The notes under the pieces: generated by a model
Databases searched by the model: none
What the model was told of the DNA's origin: nothing
What the model saw: the letters and a program-made list of their open reading frames with translations, nothing else
Part shown: piece by piece, positions 45,001 through 57,000 of the stretch
Position numbering within the stretch: position 1 is the stretch's first letter
How the letters are laid out: each line of letters starts with the position of its first letter
Translations under genes and position numbers: made by a program
Source: a virus
Virus record (IMG/VR): IMGVR_UViG_3300032323_001800
Span: 32,001-96,000 of that record
DNA: 64,000 nucleotides
Strand: one strand, 5' to 3'

Positions 45001-48000
45001 AATTTTGTCCCTGAAGAACTGTCACAAACTCAGTATAATTTGTATCGTCAATTCTTTCGTAAATTCCTGTAACAGAATTTCTTAGATAAATGTTGATTGC
45101 TTGCCCATCTAGTGGCACTTCGGGCAATACAAACATATTTGTAGTTCCGTCGGCAGTAATATAAAAATCTGAATTTAAAGAATCAACGCTATCCCAGCCT
45201 TCCGTAAACCAAGGCAGTGCATCCCAGCCGCCGCTGACGTCTAGTGTGGCACCTTGAACTACTACTCCACCAAAGTCTATTCCTGTTATTAGTTGAGAAT
45301 AGTCGTAATCAATCTTAATGATTTCTTGCGTAATATCATCTCTAATAACAGTTTTTTCTAATCCTATCATTCCATCTGTAGGATTATAATATTTGTCTAT
45401 CCTGTTGAGAGAATCTAATGATTGGTCATTTTTCTCATATTCAACAGTTACAAGAATGGTTTTTGCTGGTGCTGAATTAAGTGTTAGTTTTCCTACTTGG
45501 ATAGTTAATCCATTAACTTTAGTAGTATCAATAGATACACTGTACTGGCCGGTTAATAGCTTTTGTCCTGGTGAAGTAGTTGTATCAGTTATTAATTTTG
45601 TATAGACATTTACCTTTGTCTTGTCAAGTGCTGCAGGATATTTTAACTCAAATACAGTCTTACTTCCAGTGCCAGTAAAGGTTTGAATTTCTTTAAATTT
45701 CTCATCCAACGCCTTGGCTGTAAATGTAGATGATTTACTTACTCTATCAAATTTCATCGATACATCAAAAGTTCTTGCTTTTGTGTTTCCAATTACCGCA
45801 ATAGCAGTTGCAGCGTTTGATAAGTTAGTTCCAACCCCGCCTACTAATTTTACCGTTGGCGCAGAAATATATCCAGTTCCGCTGTTAGTTAATACTATTC
45901 GACTAACTTTTCCATTAGAGATAAATGCTCTAGCAGACGCACCTGTGCCACCGCCTCCTTCAAATACCACAATCGGAACAGTTTTATATCCGGATCCAAC
46001 GTTAGATATTTGAATGTCTATTACTGAGTATTTGTAATTGTCTAACCAGTATTTCCATGGATATGTATCAATTTCAGTAGAAATAATTTTAACAGGTTCA
46101 ATACTGTTAGTATCAGGATTATATACCGAAGGAACATCGAAGTCGCTGAAACTTGTCGATGTATTTTCAGTTCTAATATATCTACTTGTATATTCTCGTA
46201 TCTTAGTTCGGTACGGTTTGACTTCTTCTATATACTTTTGATAGCTAGGTAAATTGTCACTCTTGTAAGTGATCTTTTGTGTTAAATTTCCAACGTTATG
46301 GATGGCATTAACAAAACTTGTTTTAAACGCCCAATCTACATATAACTGTTCTGAAAATGCATAATGAATATTAGCAAAGAAAAGTTTATTCCATTCTACT
46401 CGCAGATCATCTAAGAAAATATCATTCTTAACAGATTCTAAAATAATTCTAAACTCTCTAGCCGAAGACTGATCGTATCCATTACTATCAAATGATGTAG
46501 TCTTATCATATCCTGTAGAATTACTTTCAGTGTTTATAAAACTGTCATTTATTTGTATTGTTCCGTTTGATCTACCAACAAGTCGATACTTATCGAGTAT
46601 AGTTGAATTTTCTATAGACGTTCTTTCTAGTACTGCCCAGTTGCCAGCACCATACTCTCGTATTCTTAGCAATTGACCAATTGTTAAATTAACTTCAGAT
46701 TCTTGATATAGTCCTACAATTTCATTAGTGATTCTAGATTTTTCTGAGAACCCTTCAGCCCACCAATCAATAGTAGTCCAGTAATTTCTTGTGTTGTATG
46801 ATTGAGTAGCAGTTCTATAAAACTCTTTTGCTTTTTCATTCCAGCTGTAGATGCTCCAATAATTTCTCACAGTTGAATCAGATTTAACTAAAACTGCAAA
46901 TTGTCTAACAGACAACGCTGCTGAAAGATATTTTGCTCCAGAATTTACAACAGTCACAGATATTACTCTACCCAATCGATCAATGTTGGCACGCAATATC
47001 GCGCCTGATCCTGATCCAGTAACTATAATTGGAGGAGATACCCTATATCCATATCCGGCTTCAATAACATCTACAGTATCAATTTTTCCATTAGCAATAT
47101 TTGCTTTTAAAATTGCGGGAGATATCTTTGACGTAGAAACTAATGCTAATTCTTCTTTAGTTTCTACCGTTCTATCATATAGATTTTTAACATCTGCCGG
47201 GGCAACTTCAAAAGAATTTAATCTAGTAGTATTAATAATTTCTGCAAACGGTCTTGTTTTTAAAATATTATTAATAAAATCTAAAGTTATTTGTGTTGCT
47301 TTGTTTCTATCAACAAACATACTCTGACGAGGTCTGCTTGATAAACCATACTTAAATTTTGTTGGCAGTTTAAAATCTGGAACATCTTTTCCTGTAATAT
47401 CGTAACCAATTAATGAATCAATCCATTTATTTTCTAGTTCAGGAGACGGCAGGCTGTCTGCTACTCCTTCGGTTAGAAGCTGATATTCTCTATGGACTTG
47501 ATTAATTTGTTTGCTGTTTTTATAGAACTGAATAGTAACAGATACATTATTTCCAGTAATTGCTATTGTCGGATTATATACTGCAATTTTTTCGTTGTCT
47601 ATTAATGCCGCAAAAGTTATTCCTGTACCTAAAGGATTTTGAATGTATTGAGCTACTGAACTTGCAGCAATCTTTCTAAAGTTTTTATTAGTTGGTAACG
47701 TTATTTTATCTTTAACCCAGTAATAATAAATTCGAGAACTTACTCTTCCAGTCAAAATATCTACATTTTCTTTAACAGAGTATGAACTATTATCAGGGTA
47801 TAGTGGTGTTCCCGATACTCCAACACTGAATGCGTCAGCTGTGACTGTTATATCAGCCCACTCACTAGGAAGATATTCAGTTTCAACCCATTCATACACA
47901 TCAATCGACGATCCGTATGCTAAAGAGTTCCATCCTCCTAACTTGTAAGAAATGTCACCCTGGTTATAATTTGCCCACTTAACTGTGCTTGTGTCCCACC

Positions 48001-51000
48001 ACAAATAACCTACCATGTTGTCAAACCAGGCTCTAGATGCGTCAGCAGAAGTACCAACTGAATAAACTGCAGGATCGTAGGATGTTTTAAATTTTAATTC
48101 TTGTTCAGCGACTGATAAAATTTTTCCGTTTAACGGATCTATTACATCAACGTCTAATAGTTTAATATTTGAATCGGAATCGAATAAAGATAACGATTTT
48201 AATAATGTTAAATCAACTACAGGCTCTTGGCTACGTAACGGTGACCAGGCATTGATATTTTTATATTTTCTAAATGTTTGAACCTTACCTATGACTGAAC
48301 CAAGAAATGCATCTTCCGAAGATGTAAATGCAGGAGATCCTATAATCACTCGATCGTCAAAACATGCTAAAGATTTTCCAAAATTTTCTCCAGTGATTAA
48401 ACCTTCATCAAAAGATTCAGATAATATAAACGTATCACCGTATCTATTATAGATATAAACTTTACCAGTAATTCCTACCGGGTCTCTAAATCTTGTTAGC
48501 AAGTAGTCAAAGTTAGTTTCGCCTCTATCAAAATTTATTAATGTAGATGCTACAGCCGAACCTGCAGTAATGGCTATTGTGTCAGCCGTTGGAGATACTG
48601 ATATTTCGTCTCCGAATCTTTCAAAGAAATCAAAAGAGTAACTTTCTAATCGTTGAATATATTCAAATCTATTATTAACATTTTTAAAGACGAACACAGC
48701 ACCTTTGTCTTTTTCTTTAATGTCGGCATCCGGAGCTGAAACAAATAATAAATTTCCTTCACGGCTTAATACAACCTTAAATCCAAGCTCGTCTCCGGAC
48801 TCTAGATCGTCAGTGATAATATCATTATCGTCGATCGTTTGAACTAGTTCATAAATGTTTTCTTGATTTTTTAGATAAACAAATACTGCTCCAGTATTAT
48901 ATTCAGATGCGTTCGATACCTTTTCCCATACTGTTCCACTAACTGGAAGTTGATTTAAACTTTCAATAGCTAGTAATTTATAATATGTTGGTTGTGCTGA
49001 CTCGACAATTTTTACAACATCGTTACGATTATATTCTTGATAAGACTTCCATGTACCTTTATAATTTTCTAAATCCGCAGTATCGGCAAACGGAGCTCCT
49101 ACTACTAACAACGACGCATCTGAGGACATTGTTGTAGAATATCCATATCGATCTCCTACATTTAATAACTCAGGAGTTTGATCTCCAACCAAACCAACTT
49201 CAATAGATGAACCATCATTCGGATAAGCAGGCTGTATTGGCAATATACCAGCATTGAGAGAATTAACTAATTCCCAACCAACTGTGTCTGTTGTAATCGT
49301 TGTACCGCTATTTTTAAAATACGGAACAGTTGATCTCCAATAGTTATTATTATACCATACTATCGATCCAGTTGCATAATCGTTGGCTGGGTTAAAAATC
49401 CCTACAAAGTTATTATCATCCGATTGTGTCCAATTAATACCGTCAAAACTGTATAGATAAATTCTTCCTTTGCTATCTAACGCACCAGGAGCAGAAATAG
49501 CCATATAATATGCTTCTGATGCTCCTCCTATGTTAGATCCTAAAATTCTAATTTGGTCTCCAACGTTATATCGTGTTCCTCGAACATTAACCGTAGCAGC
49601 ATATCTGCCGTTAGATCTAACCAGTTCAAAAATTGCTCCTGAACCGCTTTGACTAATGTCAGTACCAATAATATCCGAATATGACCCTAACCCTACTGAT
49701 GTTCCTACGAAACTAACTCCGGATTTAGCAACACCTGAGATAGTAAAGTTTCTGATACTGTTATCAATAAACTTCATTGGATTAGCAGATGGCGATGATG
49801 CTGATGTTAAAGTTACAATTTGTTTTGTTAAAGGGTCACTGTAAATTGTAAAAGATGTACTGTTAATAATCTCTTTTACAAAGTACTGGCTTCCTGAAGA
49901 AATCCCGCCGACCGCACTGCCTGTAAAGACAATAGGCATATCAACTCTTAATGTAGCTGTAGATCCTACAACAACCGTTGAGTTAGTTTCAAATGTTCCA
50001 ACAGTGGTTATTGGTAAGTTTGGGCTTACTCTAATTAAAAGATCGTTAGCCGGTGTGTCACCGCCCAGTGTTGTACCCGGAACCAAAATAGTAGATCCCG
50101 ATCTATATTTTGTCAAGTCTCCTAAATTGCCATCCGATGTTGATGTTACATAGGCTTTCCATGGAGTTGCTAAACTTAAAAATGTGCCTGCTGAAACTTC
50201 TTCCCAATATTCAAGATTAGTAGGGAGAATCGGTTCTGATACTTCCCAATAGTCAGTATCAGTTGGTAACACAAATTGTACTTCTTGTATTGATCCATCC
50301 AGTCCATTTTTAACTCTATAGTACGAAGACGATCTAAACGGATACTTAACCACATCTCCTGTATAGTAAGTGGCGTTCGAGTCCCACACACCTCGATCTG
50401 TCTGGGTATCTTTTATACAGCCATAATATCTTAAACCTAATCCTGGAGCAGAATATGAAACAATACTTCTTCCAGTGTATCCCACACCTCTGTTGATTAT
50501 TGCTACTGCGTATGTATTTCTAGTACGTGTTACATTAAACACAGCCTCATTAGTTGGAATAGTGGAGTTAATACCTGTAAGATTAGAATATGTTTCAGAT
50601 CCAATAATTGAACCGCCGGTGTCAATGGCTGTTACTGTAATTAACAAATCGTTTTCTGGAGACGACCCACCTACCTGTGTTCCTAATACATTTATTTGAT
50701 CACCTAACGCATATCTTGTACCGCCGTTTCTCACGGTTACTACATATGTGCCACCGGATTTTGTAATGTTAAACGAAGCGCCATTTCCTGAATCACTGAT
50801 GTCTGTACCACCAATGTTTTGGTATGTGGCATCTTTTAATCCGCTAGTTCCCACAGCATCAACAATAGTAATACCGCCGTTAGGGTCAATTGCTTTAACA
50901 ATTAACGTTACATCACCGCTGGTGCCTTCAATACCTTCTTGTTTTCCGATTGAAACACTGCTACCAAATAGTTCGTTAGCTTCCGGGCGAGGACTGATAA

Positions 51001-54000
51001 TTGTTTTTCTATATGTCCATTGACCTTGTGTAAATTCAAAAATATCAACACATCCCTGTTTAGGGTATCCTGGATTAGTACCTATTAAGTTCTTAGCTGC
51101 AGGTTGTGCTTCATGTAGATCAACTGGGCTCCAGTCATCGCTACTTAGGTTGATTGTGCTGCCGTCACCTAAAATAGGTTTGTTAGCTTTCCATAATTTT
51201 CCTGTGTAAATCACAGTGTCGTTGGTATTATATTCTGCCGAGGTACTATACTGCCCTTTAAATCCAGAAGGAATTCCAGAAGCAGTTGGTGACGCAACAA
51301 GTAACCATCTTCCGTCCGGACTTACCGATAACACAGTTCCGTATGATCCTAATAGCTCAGGTGCAATTTCAAATATAGGACTTAATACTTGACTAGGTAC
51401 TAGGCCGTCTAAACTCTGTGTATAAACAATTACAGCAGAATCTCTCGATGTATCGTTAGAAGCAACTCTAGCACCAGGATTAGACACAATAGTCTGATCC
51501 CTTGACGGAACGTAAGCAACCGCACTGCCCATGCTTGCTGGGAACGAAACACCATATTCTGATATTCCTGTTTTAGAATATTGTTTTGTACGCTGTAATA
51601 CTTCCCAATTTCCGGTAGCATTTTTATCTAACCATACTTTAGAACCTAATGGAAGAATTGAAAAATCTTCCTTTATTAATTCGTCAGTGCTGGATATTCT
51701 CGCTGGCAGGAAAACACCAACATTACAGAAAGAACTTTGATCTATTTCTGGTGGTTCTTCAAATCCCAATACCTCTATAACGATTGTTGTAGTGTTTGAC
51801 GCTTTAATTTTATAAAAACCTGTCAACCCTTTAATATTTGTTAAACCAATAATAGTTCCGGTTGTTAAACGATGTGGTCTGTTAGTTGTTATAACTGCAT
51901 TTCGTTGATCAATGGCCGCAACCGCAATTACTGTTACATTGGTTATTTTATATCGTAAAATATCCCAACCACCCGTTTCATACGTTATCCAAATTACAGA
52001 ACCATCATTAAACTGTGTTACATCGTTTCCGATTAATTCATCAAAATTCTTAATTACAAAATCTACGTCATCGACATTAACATACCCTGCTCCGGAATTA
52101 GGAACAGAAATATTTTTAGTTTGAATAATTTGATTTTTACTATCACCAATTTGATAATTTTGGTCTGATAATACTATGTAATTTTTATATTCATTTTGAT
52201 CAATTGAACGATCATTTAAAATAATAGGTTGAGGATTTAGTTTAAATTGGTCTTTGCCTATTTTAAATTCAATTTCATTAAATTGATCTGTTCCACCAAT
52301 TTGTCCTAATCTAAATGCCCATTCTTCATTTATTTCAATAGCATCGCTATCAACAGAACTTATTTTATCAAATATTTTTTTGATAGAATTGTTAGTTCCT
52401 TTTTCTCTAATAAATCCTTGATATAATCTGTATTGTGTTACATCGTCTTCGGCAAGATCTCGTAGATAATCTCTAGATTGATATCCAATAGAATGTCTAG
52501 CTAATTCTCGCTGACTAGATCCCAACCCTTCCGAATCTAAATCATAAAAGTCTTCAAACTGACTTATCCTATAATCAAAATTTGCTACTAAACCAGTTTC
52601 AGGACGACTATCTAATTTTTCCCAGTTGCTAGGATTAAATTCAGCCTCTCCCGATTGTGCTACTTTGCTTACGTAATTAAATTCTTTATAGGTAGCAATA
52701 TCTCCTAATTTGTAATCAACAAACGGTGACCACGGTTGGATATTGACATCGTCGAATAAAAATCCAGGGCTAGTATAATCGCCATCCCAATCAGTTGTTC
52801 TAAAACCTAAAACTTTGATTCTCTGCTGTCTATATCCTGGACCCTTGTCAAACATGACATCATTGAACATAGTTCTATCAGAAAATACAACTACGTGTTC
52901 TTTTAACACATAGTTAATTCTAGCAAAATATATGCCGTCTCTGATATTAACTGGAGCTATAGCAAATTCGTTGTATCGTCTTATAACATCAATGTTTGCC
53001 GGTAATAATTTAGTTCCGTCGCTCTTTAAAATTGTATATTCATAAAATGAATCTAAAAGGTTATCTGCAACTCCGCCGGTAGATATTAATTTTAATTTAA
53101 TGGCTGCAGGGCTTACTGATAAGATTGCTCCCGGTGCCCAGTTATGACTGGTCCAGAACATAAATTCTTTTGATGTAGTTTCCCAGTTAGCAACTGATTG
53201 AAGTTCGCTGCTGAACTCGTCGAATACAAATCCAAGATCTTTTAATCGTTCTCCGTATCCTAATAAGAAATCAACAACATCTTGAACTGTTTCTAACGCT
53301 GTTCCGTATGATAATCTCTTTAAATCTGTCTTGTCAAAATATGTTCTTTTGGTTGCTTCAATAGCACCAACAAGAGGAATTTGAGTTATTCTAACCCATT
53401 TAGTTGCATCAAACTGGTCTTCCGATGTGTGGGCTGTTACAGATCTAAAAAATTGCTCGTTGTATCTTACAATTATACCTTTGGTATAGAATTGATTGTT
53501 TTGCCACGCAACGTATGTTTCGCTAACACCGCCTACAAATATTTTAGGATCTGCGTTGGTTGGTAACGAAGGATAATATTCAAAATATGTGTTTAGTCGA
53601 TCATATCCTCTAATAATCCATGCTCTAGCCGACTTTTCAAGTATAACTCCGGAATATGTAAGACTCTGTACAGATGATCCGATGTTAAAAAATATGTCAT
53701 AATTTTCTGGAGGTATAAAAACACTGCTTGTAGATGCCTGTGGATTTTTAGAATCTAAAATATATTTCTGTTGTGACTTATCAACAAATCCGCCAATTCT
53801 ATTAGACATGTTAATATCAAAATTTTCTAATTTTTCAATTAATGATGTTTTGTCTTTTAGATCAACTTTTAAATAATTGTCAATATAGTAAAACAATCCA
53901 GACGGAGTAATATCGCCATTAAGGATTTCCAGTAAGTCAGAAATTTTAACAAAATAATTACTGTTAGAACTTACAAGCTGACCTAATTTATTTTTCTTAA

Positions 54001-57000
54001 CTTTAGTTTTATCTAAACTTGCAGGAATAAATTCAAAAGGTCTTAATAAGCACAAAGCAAAAATAACACTGAACGGATAAGCAGAACTTTTTCTCCAAGC
54101 ATACTCTGCCGGAGCGACATCACCAAATTTAAAATCTAGTTGATTATTAAATGTAGAATAATTGTCAAGAACATTTAATAGTAACGGATTTTTTAATTCA
54201 CCGTCTTCATCTGTAGGAATAATATCTAGTAAATTAGATCTCTTATATCTGTCATGCTGGCCGGCTCGTGGGCCTTGACGAATTATACCGTCCTTTAAGT
54301 CTTCCCATAAAATTAAGTTTCCGCTGGTATATGGAGCAGGACCGTATTCATCTTCCCACCATAGTGGTTTTTGTGTAAAGCCCAACATTTCCCAAGGTGA
54401 AATATGTGGTCTGTCAGTATCATATAAAGATAAAAACATACCTCGCCAAAAGCTAGGCAATTCTTCTCGAGTAGTTTTATCGACTACTTGAGAATATGTA
54501 TAAGTGAATGGGTTTGACACTTGATAAAAATTATTACCAAATAGATCAATGTCAGTAGTGGATGCCCATCTTAAAAATTCTTGATTTATTACTGTATTAA
54601 AATTAGACTGTGTAAAGATTCCAGTTTTATAAAATGACGATAATGTTTTATCAATATCAAATGTTTCTTCGTCATATTCAATTTTTATGTTATTATAAAT
54701 TCGTTTTTCTAATTCTAATAATAAATCGTCTCTAAAGTCGTTGAATGCAATTGTTATACTGCCGTCGTGGCCTCTTATTACCTTTTTAGGTTCTAGGTAT
54801 GTAGTATCAACATAGATTTCTGGTTCGTATTTTTTATACATTCCCATCTTGGTAGGTGTGGGAGGTACAAAGTTAAATGCTGTTGAAAAATATTCTTTAA
54901 TTTGAATATTATCGTTTTCATTTAATGGTTTTAAAATTTTAACAAAACCAAACGTAGCATCAAACTCGTAGTCTTTACCGTTAATGCCTTGTTGATTGTT
55001 TATATACACATAGGTTGCTTTCGATGATATTACCGATAGATCAAATTTGTCACCTAAGGAAAACACATTGATACCAGTGTCTTCAACAGTATAATCAATA
55101 GTCGTAAACGCACCAGAACCTACCATGTCAGAATCAACAAATGGTGATTTAATTGTTTTTGCCTGAGAAATAGTTGTTAAAATATCATCAACAAATTTAA
55201 CAGGATCTCCGTTATCATATGGCAATTCTATAGCTAATGTTAAAAAATTATTTTTAAACTTTTCGTATTCAGCTGAAGCAAATCTAATCGAATTTATTAT
55301 ATTTGTTTCTTTATTGCACAACAAATTAATCGACAAAGTTGGAATACCGGAATGTTTTAAAAATCTTCTTCCGTACTGTTCATAATCAATTAAATCTCTT
55401 AAATTGCCGCTACCGGGATATGTTCCTTCAAATCCATCGACTAGCTCAACCATTGATCCTAAATGATCGTTAAGCTGTCCTAAAGTAAATGACTGTAGAT
55501 CTTGATTTAACGGATTTCTTTCAAGACCAAACGGGATTTCATAATAACCATCAACTGGTTCAGCGTCTGAATAAACTTTAAAGGTCACAGTGTCACCTGA
55601 TATCAGTTTATTACTAACAGTTATTTTCTTTTTATTGTTTTCAATAACAGTACTAATAGGAGTTACTAAATTTCCATTAACATAGCAAATTGTTTTATCT
55701 CTAGTAGATGAATTCCAATCACATGCTGTTGAAATTACAACATTGGTATCTTCTAATACTGTAATCGTTTGAATAATTGCCTGCAAATATTTGCTGTCAA
55801 TCAGTGTCCATCCGTTTTCGTATGTGTATTCAGTTAATGATCTATTATTTCTATAATACCCTTTATTCACTAATTCTGTGATAATTTGAAAATTTTCTTG
55901 GTATGAGAAGTTATCACGGTCCCAGTCAAATTCAAACTGGATGTCTCCTGAATTGTTAATATTCAGATAGCTTAATGGAAACTCGAGTTCGGTATCATTA
56001 TTTCCCGTACCAATCACATAACTAATAATTTCTGATCCAGTAAATGACGAAGTGTTGTACTTTGTTAAATCTCCTACAGATACCCCGTCAATGTCAAATA
56101 CATCAAATAGTGGCGGTTGATTTACCTTTGTTTTTTCTTGGCTTCTAATCCATGATTCACCGTTAAAGTGAAACATCTTATTTCTATTTTCTACACCACG
56201 TTTAACAACCAGCCCTTCACCGGGATTAGAAACAGTGTCTGTAGTCTCTATCAAACTAATTTGTCGTCTATTAACAATATTAGTACTAGCTTGTACTGTA
56301 ATAAATTTAACTTCAAATATTTTATTTTTTACTAAAGGATCAGTGTCTGCTGTAAAAAGAATTCGATATCCGTCTGTTAAAGGCTCTCCGTCAATGTTAT
56401 AACCAGATGACCCTTCGATGACTGAAAATATATCAGTAGTAAAGTCGTCAATTAAATCAACACTGGTTTTAGCAACAACGCCATGATTAAACAGTTGAAG
56501 GTCGGCATTAAATTCAATAATTGGTCTTTTTGCTCTTAGATTTTCATCTATTTTTGCATCAGTGTTATTGAGCTCTCCGGTATATTCTAATACAGATCTA
56601 TGGAACCATCTATTATATCTGCTCCATGGATTTTTATCTAAACTAGATCGATTAATTGTGATATAGTCTTTGCTTCTTGGATACGATAGTGATTCATCAA
56701 ACGGTTGGTCATCGAATCCGCCATCGTCAAACAACACTTCTGGATTAGGATTCGAAATAGGTGGAAGTTCAATGGTTTCCCAATTAATTAATCGTATAGC
56801 ATCTCCAACACCCTCGATTACCCAAGATCCTTGTTTATAAATTGAAGGTGATGTTTGTCCTTCAAATTTAACTCTTAGACCATTGGTAAATTTAACTCCG
56901 TTCGAACTAATATATTTTTGCTTGCCTATAACATCTTTCTCAATATCTAAGAAAGTGTTTTCTTTAATTTCAGCGATCCTAAATGTTCCAACTCTATCTC

